From an uncultured Bacteroidota bacterium (GTDB lineage: Bacteria > Bacteroidota > Bacteroidia > Flavobacteriales > Flavobacteriaceae), in assembly GCA_902514625.1 (NCBI GenBank), contig CABXRK010000003.1:264-64263 (forward strand): a DNA stretch of 64,000 bases, read 5' to 3'. Positions 8,099-16,979 of the stretch are shown here, piece after piece. Below the pieces are notes generated by a model that searched no databases, was not told where the DNA came from, and worked only from the letters and a program-made list of their open reading frames with translations. How positions within the stretch are numbered: the stretch's first letter is position 1; the number at the start of each line of letters is the position of its first letter. A program made the position numbers and the translations under genes.

Positions 8099-11000
8099 AA
8101 ATAATAATTTGATTATTATTTCTTGAAAAAATTAAAAGATTGTCATTTGAAATTATTTTCCTTATTTCTCCCTTTATTGAAATTCCTTTGCCGTCAGAAT
8201 GGTATTTAAAATTTGCATCTCCATTGTTTTCAAGATAAGCTCCATAGGAGGAATCATACCTTCCTACCTCAGGTTTAACTCCAAATAAATTTCCACCCAA
8301 GACTAAATCTAAATCCCCATCGTTATCATAATCATTTGCGCTTATTCCATGAACTGGAGAAAATTGAATTTCTTCTGGCAAATCAATAGATGTGAAATTC
8401 ATTTCTCCATTATTAATGAATAAAGAAGTCTTAAGTTCGAATACTTGAGGAATAAAACTCTCTTTTATTTGCTCTTTTGAAAAAATATCTTTTATGTCTG
8501 CATCCTTGAATGATTCATAATTAGGGAATTTCTTTTTCAAAACTTTAATCTGATTAATTAGATCATGTCTTAAAGAAAATGGATAATCTTTTTTATTTTC
8601 TGCTCTAAAAGTAAGAATTGGATCAAGTGATCCATTTTTGTCATAATCATTAATAAAGAGACTAATTGGATTGTCAAAACTAGCCTTAAACCTCGAATTT
8701 GTTCCATGATTCCCCGCTACTATATCTTCAAGACCGTCATCATTAAAATCACCAGTAATTAAAACATTCCACCATCCTTTTAATTTTGAAAGATTATTAT
8801 TTTTAATCTTTTTTAAAATCCCTTTATTATTTTTGAAAATTTCTATACCCATAAATTCCCCAACTACTATTAATTCCTCATATCCATCATTATCTAAATC
8901 TTTAAAAATAGCATCGGTAATCATACCCATATCTATCCCATCAGTTAAATAAGCGCTTGTTACATCTTTAAAATTTCCTTTCCCATCATTCAAAAAAATA
9001 AATCCAGACCCAGGAGTTCCATACTTAAACGGATGTAATCTTTGACCAACAAAAATATCTATATCCCCATCAGAATCTATATCTGAAATTGCTACTGCTC
9101 CTGTACTAAAATTCATTTTGGAAAAATCAGAATCTCCTTCGGAAATAATAAAATTTCCTTTTCCATCGTTAATATAGAGCCTATCCTTATAATCTTTAGA
9201 ATTAGGACCAAATTCAATTCCCCCACTACCAACGTATAAATCAAGGTCCCCATCATTATCTGAATCAAAAAACACACTTTCAGAATCTTCAGAAAACTTG
9301 TTTTTTTCAAAAAAACCATTATCTATTCTCTCACCAGATAAAAGATTATAAATTCCAGCAGAAAGACCTTTAGAGCCTCCTAAAAAAATTTCTTTTTTAC
9401 CATCCATATTAATATCTCCTATTGACATTGTCGGCCCCTCTGTACTACACATGTGATACATTAATCTATTTCTATGAAAATCAACAAATACATTTTCTTT
9501 ATGTGTTATAGGAAATTTTTGTTTCTTTTCTCTAAATAATTTTGATTCTTTACTTATGTTTTTTTGGAAATTCTCAATTGCGTTTTTTTCTTCTATAATT
9601 ATAATTTGATTAGGCTCCACATTATCTAATCTTGTTATCTTTAATGAAGGCCATAGGACTTCTATAGAAACTGGGCTATTATCGGGTAATCCAAAATTTG
9701 GACGTAAATCCATACTGGACTGAAATCCACGAGCAGGTTGTTGCTCTAAATAGTAATTTTTATTATTAGATTTTACATTTATTTGTGCGCCTATTGCATT
9801 AATATTTTCATTCAATCCTTTTAAGACTATCTTTAGATAGTTATTTTTTTTAAGCTCCTCTGATTTGTTTTTATAAACAAATGCTTTCATATTAACGTTA
9901 TTAACTACTAGATCCAGATCTCCATCATTATCTAAATCTCCATAAGCTGCTCCGTTAGAAAAACTTGGTGTTTCAATTCCTGAATTTGAAAATCTTTCAA
10001 ATTCTAATTTACCTTTATTTAAATAAGCATGATTTTTTACTTTGTTGGAAGGAATGATATCAACTAATCTCTTATAATCAACCTTATTATTAGAAACCAC
10101 TGACTTAACTACTTCTTCATTAGAAATATATTGAAGATAATCCTGATTAGTTAAATCTTTATATATCCCATTTGCTATAAATAGATCTTTTAATCCATCA
10201 TTATCCATATCAAAAAATAAAGCTCCCCAACTCCAATCTGAAGCTTCTACTCCACTATACCTTCCAATCTCACTAAATGTATTATTCTTATTGTTTAATT
10301 GCAATACATTTCTTGTGAATTGATGATAATATCCATTTTTAACATTATACTGATACTTATTCCAATCTTCAAAAGTTGTTACAGTTTTTAATCTCTGATA
10401 TTCTGATGGTAACATTTCTGTAACAAATAAATCATTATATCCATCATTATCAATATCTGCAGCATCCGCACCCATTGATGCTCCACTAATTGATTGAATT
10501 TGATCAGTTAATTTTTCAATAAATTTTCCATTTTGTTGATTTATATATAAATAATCTCTTTCAAAAAAATCATTAGACACAAAAATATCTTCCCATCCAT
10601 CTTTATTAAAATCTCCAACAGTGACACCAAGTCCAAATCCTATAACACTACCATAAATTCCAGCTTTTTTACTTACATCATAAAATTTGCCCCCTCTATT
10701 TTCTAACAATTTATCTCCTCCAAGAATATCTCTATTAGGTCTTTCATTCTTTTTCAAATTAAATGATCCTATTGATTGATAAGAGTTGTTAAGAAGATAT
10801 ACATCTAAATCTCCATCTTTATCATAATCAAAAAATGATGAATGTGTAGAAAATCCTAGATCATCCAAATTATATTCACTTGCCCTTTCTTCAAACGTGC
10901 CATCACCATTATTTATAAATAATTCATTTTGTTTATTATCTCCCTTAATATCTCCAGAATTACAAACATATATATCAAGAAATCCATCAGCATTAATATC

Positions 11001-11366
11001 CACCATTGTAACTCCAGTTGACCATGCTTTTTCTCCTCCAACTTTTGCTTTTTCTGTAATATCTATAAACTTCATATTACCCATGTTTTTATATAATCTA
11101 TTTGACTCTAAATTATTAGTTAAATAAATATCTTCTAATCCATCGTTATCAATATCCCCAATAGAAACTCCCCCACCGTTATAGAAATTCCTATACTTAT
11201 ATACATTGAAATCTTCGTCAAAAGTTAGATTATTTTCAAAGTCTATTCCAGAAATTTTTGGGTCTAATAATTCAAATAACTCCGGTTCTAATTTTTTTGT
11301 ACAGGTTATTTGAATAAATAAAATCAACAAAAAAATAATCATATTCTTTATCATTCTATTTATCAT
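8088..11366 (-). CDS. FG-GAP/VCBS repeat + UnbV_ASPIC lipoprotein (CRTAC1-like), paralog 2
   Basis: 1092 aa with lipobox IQITC. It has the same architecture as paralog 3 (GDIDNDGLEDIYL, VDINADGFLDIYV, FDYDKDGDLDVYL ... IGAQINVKSNNKNYYLEQQPARGFQSS ... second propeller). Its stop overlaps the ATG of paralog 3 by 11 nt. Confidence 0.85.
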   Translation of the reverse strand: MINRMIKNMIIFLLILFIQITCTKKLEPELFELLDPKISGIDFENNLTFDEDFNVYKYRNFYNGGGVSIGDIDNDGLEDIYLTNNLESNRLYKNMGNMKFIDITEKAKVGGEKAWSTGVTMVDINADGFLDIYVCNSGDIKGDNKQNELFINNGDGTFEERASEYNLDDLGFSTHSSFFDYDKDGDLDVYLLNNSYQSIGSFNLKKNERPNRDILGGDKLLENRGGKFYDVSKKAGIYGSVIGFGLGVTVGDFNKDGWEDIFVSNDFFERDYLYINQQNGKFIEKLTDQIQSISGASMGADAADIDNDGYNDLFVTEMLPSEYQRLKTVTTFEDWNKYQYNVKNGYYHQFTRNVLQLNNKNNTFSEIGRYSGVEASDWSWGALFFDMDNDGLKDLFIANGIYKDLTNQDYLQYISNEEVVKSVVSNNKVDYKRLVDIIPSNKVKNHAYLNKGKLEFERFSNSGIETPSFSNGAAYGDLDNDGDLDLVVNNVNMKAFVYKNKSEELKKNNYLKIVLKGLNENINAIGAQINVKSNNKNYYLEQQPARGFQSSMDLRPNFGLPDNSPVSIEVLWPSLKITRLDNVEPNQIIIIEEKNAIENFQKNISKESKLFREKKQKFPITHKENVFVDFHRNRLMYHMCSTEGPTMSIGDINMDGKKEIFLGGSKGLSAGIYNLLSGERIDNGFFEKNKFSEDSESVFFDSDNDGDLDLYVGSGGIEFGPNSKDYKDRLYINDGKGNFIISEGDSDFSKMNFSTGAVAISDIDSDGDIDIFVGQRLHPFKYGTPGSGFIFLNDGKGNFKDVTSAYLTDGIDMGMITDAIFKDLDNDGYEELIVVGEFMGIEIFKNNKGILKKIKNNNLSKLKGWWNVLITGDFNDDGLEDIVAGNHGTNSRFKASFDNPISLFINDYDKNGSLDPILTFRAENKKDYPFSLRHDLINQIKVLKKKFPNYESFKDADIKDIFSKEQIKESFIPQVFELKTSLFINNGEMNFTSIDLPEEIQFSPVHGISANDYDNDGDLDLVLGGNLFGVKPEVGRYDSSYGAYLENNGDANFKYHSDGKGISIKGEIRKIISNDNLLIFSRNNNQIIIYEF

Positions 11367-11940
11367 TTAAATTTTCAACATCAACAATAACTTTCATGTT
11401 ATCCATAAAATAAGCTTTAAATTGTCTGTTTCCATCAACCTTAACATATATATCAGAAACATCTTTTTTAATTTTATCTCCTTTAATCACAATAAAATCA
11501 TTTCCTGGGTACCATTTTTTTATACTATCTAAAACCTTAAGGATTAATTTATTAGAATAAAGTTCAATATTCCATGTAGCCCATCCGGGATGAGAAAACA
11601 TAAATTTTAATTTATTTAATCTGTTTTTTTTATTAAACCCAGGAAAGAAATCCATAGCAATTTCTGAATTTTTATCCTTTAACATATATCTTAAAGTTCC
11701 ATATTCTCCAATAGCAGGAAAAACGATTCCCTTTTTATTTAATTCCCATATTTTATCAAAATAATCTTCTTTTCTTTCTCCTAGCTTAATGTTAAATATA
11801 AGTGAATCAAATTTCACATCTTTATTTAATTCTCTTTTTACTAATTTATGATATTCAGAAGTATTACAACTCCAATAAAATAAAAGTCCAATGAAAATTA
11901 ATATTAATTTATTTAATTTTTTTAAATTTAACTTCTTCAT
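11356..11940 (-). CDS. hypothetical lipoprotein (no recognisable domain)
   Basis: 194 aa. The N-terminus is a signal plus lipobox (LLFYWSC). The ATG at 11938..11940 lies 32 nt inside the end of paralog 1. The stop overlaps the annotated start of paralog 2 by 11 nt. Confidence 0.6.
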   Translation of the reverse strand: MKKLNLKKLNKLILIFIGLLFYWSCNTSEYHKLVKRELNKDVKFDSLIFNIKLGERKEDYFDKIWELNKKGIVFPAIGEYGTLRYMLKDKNSEIAMDFFPGFNKKNRLNKLKFMFSHPGWATWNIELYSNKLILKVLDSIKKWYPGNDFIVIKGDKIKKDVSDIYVKVDGNRQFKAYFMDNMKVIVDVENLNDK

Positions 11941-14900
11941 TATTTACCGTAAAAATTAATATTTTATTAGCTTCAAAATTAAAAAAATCTAAATTACGAA
12001 TTTGACCATCAATTTCTGTTGAATTAACATTTTCTAATTGATATTTATCATCCTTTAAACTTCCATAAATTAATAATCCATTTGATGCATCATTTCTTCC
12101 AAATTGTGGTTTAACATTATACTGATTCCCTCCCAAAACAATATCATTAATATTGTCATTATTTAAATCCAATATCTTAATTGCATATATAGAAGAATAT
12201 TGAGCTTGAATTGGTAATTGATGATGAATGAATTTCCCATTTTTATTTTCTAGCCACAAAGATGCCAATTGATCTATTTCATATACTAATGAATTCTTTA
12301 ATTGAGAGGAATCAAAAATATCCTCTATTGAAGCTGAAGCATATTGATCAAATCTAACAAATTTTTTCTTCAAATATGGCAACTGAGAAATAAGTTCGTC
12401 TCTATCAACAATAGGATAAAATTTATCGTTGATTTTATGACAAAAAATTTGTTCTATTGTTCCATTTTTATCAAAATCATTAATATAAACTCTATCTCCT
12501 TTTTTGAAATAGGTATTTAATCCTAAGTTCCCAGCAACTATATCAATATCTCCATCTTTGTCAATATCTTTTAATTCAATATCATTCCATAAACCTACAG
12601 TTTTATTAAGATCATATTTTTCTGTATGATCATTAAAAACCCCATTTTCATTTATAAATACTTTTATCCCCATCCAGTGTCCTATAATAATAATGTCCTC
12701 CCAACTATCATTATTTATATCTACGGCTTGAACATCTGTTACCATTCCAATATTCGAAAAAACCTCCTTTTGATTAACTTTAAATTTAGATTCTTTAGAA
12801 TTATACAATAAATAACCATTTCCTGGCAACCCATAGTTATTACCCTTCATTCGCTGACCAACAAAAACATCTATAAATCCATCTTTATTAAAATCAGCAG
12901 AGGTTATTGACGAACTAATAAAATTAAAATTGGTTGGTAAGAGACTATTATCTAAAGTAAAATTTCCCTTTCCGTCATTAATATATATTCTATCTTTTAA
13001 TGACTTGTCATTTTCTGAGAAAGCTCTACCTCCACTACAGACATATAAATCTTGGTCATTGTCTTGATCAATATCTAAAAAAATTGCGTCCGTATCTTCT
13101 GAATAAATACTTTCTTTAAGAAAGGTAGAATCTTTCAAATATTTATCTTTAAAAGACACAAAAAGTGCTCCAGTTTGGAATTTAGCACCACCAATAAAAA
13201 AATCTTTGACTCCATCTCCATTAACATCAGCAGAACTTAAGGCAGGACCTTCATTACTATACATTTCAGGAATTAAACGATCTCTATTAAAATCAATAAA
13301 TTTATTCTCTATATGTTTGTATTTAAAAGGATCTTTTTTTAGATCCAATACTATTTTTTCTTCATTCTTTTTTTTGGAAACAGCAACTTTATTTATCTCA
13401 GGTTCTATAACCTTATAAGTTTTATTAGATTTTAAATTTTTTATCTTAGAAATTGAGCCATTTGGCCAATTAAAAATCACTGAATCTATTTTATTATTTT
13501 TTCCAATTCCAATATTAATTGGTGCGGCAATTGAACTTTGGAATCCTTTAGAGATATGATTGTCAAAAACAACTTTTTTTGTTCCAAAATAGGCATAAGC
13601 TTTAGTTCCTATAGCCTGAGAATTTAATGATTTAGAAGACAATTTAATTTTTACACTTTTATTTATTAACGAATCTGTTTTGTTCTCATAGATAAAAAAT
13701 GGCATATTCACATTATTAATAACTAAATCTTGATCTCCATCATTATCAAAATCAGCATAAGCACTTCCATTGCTAAAAGTATCATGATCTAATCCCCATT
13801 CAATAGATTTAAATTTAAAATTAAAATCACCTTCATTTTTATAAATGTGATTCATGACAGGTTTTGAAGGCATTATGTCAATCAATTCCTTTATAAAAAA
13901 ATTCTTATCCTTCAAAATGTTTTTCATATTATAATCATTAGCATAATAAGTTAGATAATCCCTATCTAAAAGATCCTTATAAATCCCATTAGAAATAAAA
14001 ATATCTTTATAACCATCATTATCAGCATCAAAAAACAAACAGGCCCAACTCCATTCAGTACTTGAAATACCAGACATTCTACCAAGTTCGAAAAACCCCG
14101 ATGAACCCATATTTCTTTGTAAGGCATTTCTAGGGTATTGATGAAAATACCCTTGAGAATTGGCAAAAACATATTTATCCCATGACTCAAATACAGTTTT
14201 AGTTCTTTTCCTCTGAATTGTACTTGGAAGCATTTCCGTTACAAATAAGTCAGGCAACAGATCATTATCTAGATCTCCAGCATCAGCTCCCATAGATCCC
14301 ATAGAAATAGATTTGAATTTTTCTTCCAATTCTTCTTTAAAAGTTCCATCTTGGTTGTTTGTGTATAAATAATCTCTTTCAAAAAAATCATTTGAAATAA
14401 AAATATCATCCCAATTATCTCCATTAAAATCAGCTATAGTTATTCCAAGGCCAAATCCAATTGAAGAGGTATATATTCCCACTTCTTCAGATTTATCTAT
14501 AAAAATGCCATTTTCATTTACCAAAAATTTATTACCATCCTCGCTAGGAATTAAACGCTGATTTTCAATTAAATCAAAACCACCTACTGATCTAATAGAA
14601 TTACTTAAAAGATAACAATCTAAATCACCATCTTTATCATAATCAAAAAATGAAGCATGAACCGATAAACCATTAAAATCTAATCCAAATTCTTTGGAGC
14701 TTTCAGTAAACGTTAAATCACCATTATTTATAAATAATTCATTATGTCTTTTTTTGCCACCTGGTTTGCCGGATTTACAGACATATATGTCAAGAAAACC
14801 ATCCCCATTAATATCAACAATAACAGAACCTGTTGACCATACATTTTCACATGCTACTCCAGCAAAATCAGTTATATCTTGAAATTTAAAATTTCCTTTA

Positions 14901-15157
14901 TTCAAGTATAATTTATTTGGAACCATGTTACCAGTAATATAAAGATCTACCAGTCCATCATTATTAATATCTCCAACAGAAACACCTGCACCGTTATAAA
15001 AATTGCGATAAGTATAAGGATTAAAATCGTTGGTATAATTTAAATTATTTTCAAACTCAATTCCACTATCTTCTCTAAGTTCAAAAAGAGTGGGAGTTTC
15101 TCTATTACAAGAAATAAATAAAACTATTAGAATAAAAAAGAATCTATTATTTTTCAT
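11909..15157 (-). CDS. FG-GAP/VCBS repeat + UnbV_ASPIC lipoprotein (CRTAC1-like), paralog 1
   Basis: 1082 aa with lipobox LFISC. Blades include GDINNDGLVDLYI, VDINGDGFLDIYV, FDYDKDGDLDCYL, ADFNGDNWDDIFI and ADFDNDGDQDLVI. An UnbV_ASPIC-like block (IGTKAYAYFGTKKVVFDNHISKGFQSS) follows, then a second propeller (ADVNGDGVKDFFI ... LDLNNDNINDIVL). Confidence 0.85.
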   Translation of the reverse strand: MKNNRFFFILIVLFISCNRETPTLFELREDSGIEFENNLNYTNDFNPYTYRNFYNGAGVSVGDINNDGLVDLYITGNMVPNKLYLNKGNFKFQDITDFAGVACENVWSTGSVIVDINGDGFLDIYVCKSGKPGGKKRHNELFINNGDLTFTESSKEFGLDFNGLSVHASFFDYDKDGDLDCYLLSNSIRSVGGFDLIENQRLIPSEDGNKFLVNENGIFIDKSEEVGIYTSSIGFGLGITIADFNGDNWDDIFISNDFFERDYLYTNNQDGTFKEELEEKFKSISMGSMGADAGDLDNDLLPDLFVTEMLPSTIQRKRTKTVFESWDKYVFANSQGYFHQYPRNALQRNMGSSGFFELGRMSGISSTEWSWACLFFDADNDGYKDIFISNGIYKDLLDRDYLTYYANDYNMKNILKDKNFFIKELIDIMPSKPVMNHIYKNEGDFNFKFKSIEWGLDHDTFSNGSAYADFDNDGDQDLVINNVNMPFFIYENKTDSLINKSVKIKLSSKSLNSQAIGTKAYAYFGTKKVVFDNHISKGFQSSIAAPINIGIGKNNKIDSVIFNWPNGSISKIKNLKSNKTYKVIEPEINKVAVSKKKNEEKIVLDLKKDPFKYKHIENKFIDFNRDRLIPEMYSNEGPALSSADVNGDGVKDFFIGGAKFQTGALFVSFKDKYLKDSTFLKESIYSEDTDAIFLDIDQDNDQDLYVCSGGRAFSENDKSLKDRIYINDGKGNFTLDNSLLPTNFNFISSSITSADFNKDGFIDVFVGQRMKGNNYGLPGNGYLLYNSKESKFKVNQKEVFSNIGMVTDVQAVDINNDSWEDIIIIGHWMGIKVFINENGVFNDHTEKYDLNKTVGLWNDIELKDIDKDGDIDIVAGNLGLNTYFKKGDRVYINDFDKNGTIEQIFCHKINDKFYPIVDRDELISQLPYLKKKFVRFDQYASASIEDIFDSSQLKNSLVYEIDQLASLWLENKNGKFIHHQLPIQAQYSSIYAIKILDLNNDNINDIVLGGNQYNVKPQFGRNDASNGLLIYGSLKDDKYQLENVNSTEIDGQIRNLDFFNFEANKILIFTVNNEEVKFKKIK

Positions 15158-15170
15158 AATACCAGAACAA

Positions 15171-15178
15171 CAAATTTA
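15171..15178 (-). promoter_or_regulatory. candidate Bacteroidota -7 promoter box (TAAATTTG on minus strand) for the propeller-gene operon
   Basis: Plus-strand CAAATTTA is the reverse complement of TAnnTTTG. It sits 13 nt upstream of the ATG at 15157 and immediately after the susD terminator. This motif is common by chance in AT-rich DNA. Confidence 0.35.
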
Positions 15179-15182
15179 ATAA

Positions 15183-15216
15183 AAAAAGGGTTGTTCTGTT
15201 AGGAACAACCCTTTTT
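15183..15216 (-). terminator. intrinsic terminator downstream of susD
   Basis: On the minus strand the sequence reads AAAAAGGGTTGTTC-CTAACA-GAACAACCCTTTTTTT. This is a GC-containing stem with a 6-nt loop and a T7 tract, about 20 nt after the susD stop. Confidence 0.7.
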
Positions 15217-15236
15217 ACCATTATTAAAAGATATTC

Positions 15237-16967
15237 TTAGTATCCAGGATTTTGGGTTAAAGAACCATTAGCAGCTTGAATTTGAGATAACGGAATTGGA
15301 AATAAATTCTTGTTGTCATCTCCAACAGATCCACCTTTAGCACCGGTTTTCTCCCACCATGCTTCAGTGAATTTACCCCATCGAACTAAATTTGTTCTCC
15401 TATGAGACTCAAATATAAATTCTTTACCACTCTCATCAGCAAACTTTGCAGCGTCTAAAGTTGCTAAATTAGCAACCCCAGCACGAGATCTAACAGCATT
15501 CACATCAGCTAAACCTAGACTCCAATCTCCTGCAGCCATAGATCTTCCTTCAGCTCTATTGAAATACATTTCAGCTAAACGAATAATTGGCATATCATTA
15601 TCCATATCATTCTGCTGAAATTGCTTATAGCTGAATTTATACATTCTAGCTCCAGTTTGTCTCCAAGAGTCAGGTTCTAATTCATTTACATAAGGTGTAT
15701 AAACTAGATCCGGTTTACCGAAATCAGATGCAGGCCATCCACTTGCAGCAACAGCATCATCAGCCTTATCGTCATATGCCCAGTCAACTAACTGCTTTCC
15801 AGCAGAACTTTTCTGAGATCCAGTTAAGAACCATCCTAAACGCTTATCTCCAGCCTCATACTTTTTATACATATCTTCCATAGTTTGATAACCATTCCAT
15901 GGTTGAGAAGCCAAATTAAAAGTATTCTGACTTGGCTGGTGAAGACTCATCTGAGCAAAAGGCATTCCACCTTTACCAGTAGCTTGATCATAATCAATAG
16001 AGAAGATGATCTCAGGATTATCTTGATTATTTGGAGCTCCTATTGTAAGTACTCCGGAAAGCGTTGCAGGATCATTCAAACCACTTGAATCAGGACGAGC
16101 AGCTAAGTTAGCAACCGAATATGAATCATCAACAAGCACATATGGCCCATTAGTGATAACCCAATCAGCAGCATTTGCAGCTTCAGTCCATCTAGCAGTT
16201 CCATCAGTTCCTGCAGTATTTGCAGAAGTCCAAACTTTAGCATTTAAATATAATCTTGATAAAATACCCATTGCAGCGTATTGATTAATACGATATTTTT
16301 GGGGATTAGTATTTAAATCACTTCCTGACAAATCAATAGAACCAGATAAAACAGCAGCAGCAGTAGTACCTAAAGCAGCTAATATTTCACTTTCAGCAAA
16401 TTCAAAAACTTGTTTTCTAGTTGATTGAGCAGGATCCTGTCCAGCAGCAGTAACAATTTTTACTCCACCATACAAATCCGCTAATCTCATATAGAACAAT
16501 GCTCTTAAAACTCTAAGTTGCGCTGTTTCATTTGCAGTAATAGATCCAGCTAAAACGTTATTAATTTCATTAATTGCGTTATACTGACCACTCCACATGC
16601 CTGAATTTGGTCCGTGAGCTGAACTAACAGTATGTCTATGAGTAACTACCCATATTCCACCATCATACCAGTCACCACCTTTAACTCCAACAAGCATTTC
16701 ATCGGTTGATACTGATTGCATAGACCAATATGATCCGTGACCACCACTACCAGAACTTCTTAGTGTTCCAAAGGCACCACCAAGATTGTCACTCGCTCTC
16801 TGTGCACTTCCATCTGTAGCGCCAGAAGAATATTGAGCTCCACCACCACCACCAGCAGCGGCAACATAAGGCTTAGTAAGGTCACTTATTAGTTCTTCTT
16901 CTAAATCACAAGCAGTAAAAGCTACTAGTGATAAAGTCATTAACGTTATTTTTATATAATTTTTCAT
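15237..16967 (-). CDS. susD: SusD/RagB family nutrient-binding outer membrane lipoprotein
   Basis: 576 aa. The lipobox LVAFTAC is followed by an acidic DLEEE stretch (like a surface-export signal) and a Gly-rich linker. The body is SusD-like. It lies 12 nt downstream of the SusC-type gene. Confidence 0.9.
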   Translation of the reverse strand: MKNYIKITLMTLSLVAFTACDLEEELISDLTKPYVAAAGGGGGAQYSSGATDGSAQRASDNLGGAFGTLRSSGSGGHGSYWSMQSVSTDEMLVGVKGGDWYDGGIWVVTHRHTVSSAHGPNSGMWSGQYNAINEINNVLAGSITANETAQLRVLRALFYMRLADLYGGVKIVTAAGQDPAQSTRKQVFEFAESEILAALGTTAAAVLSGSIDLSGSDLNTNPQKYRINQYAAMGILSRLYLNAKVWTSANTAGTDGTARWTEAANAADWVITNGPYVLVDDSYSVANLAARPDSSGLNDPATLSGVLTIGAPNNQDNPEIIFSIDYDQATGKGGMPFAQMSLHQPSQNTFNLASQPWNGYQTMEDMYKKYEAGDKRLGWFLTGSQKSSAGKQLVDWAYDDKADDAVAASGWPASDFGKPDLVYTPYVNELEPDSWRQTGARMYKFSYKQFQQNDMDNDMPIIRLAEMYFNRAEGRSMAAGDWSLGLADVNAVRSRAGVANLATLDAAKFADESGKEFIFESHRRTNLVRWGKFTEAWWEKTGAKGGSVGDDNKNLFPIPLSQIQAANGSLTQNPGY

Positions 16968-16979
16968 AATAAATTTATA

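Noticed and set aside
16835-16860. A short CCA/CAC triplet repeat in susD encoding the GGGGG run, considered as a slip-strand phase-variation site.
   Set aside because: There are only about four triplet units, and changes in triplet number would not shift the frame. It most likely just encodes a flexible Gly linker after the lipidated Cys.
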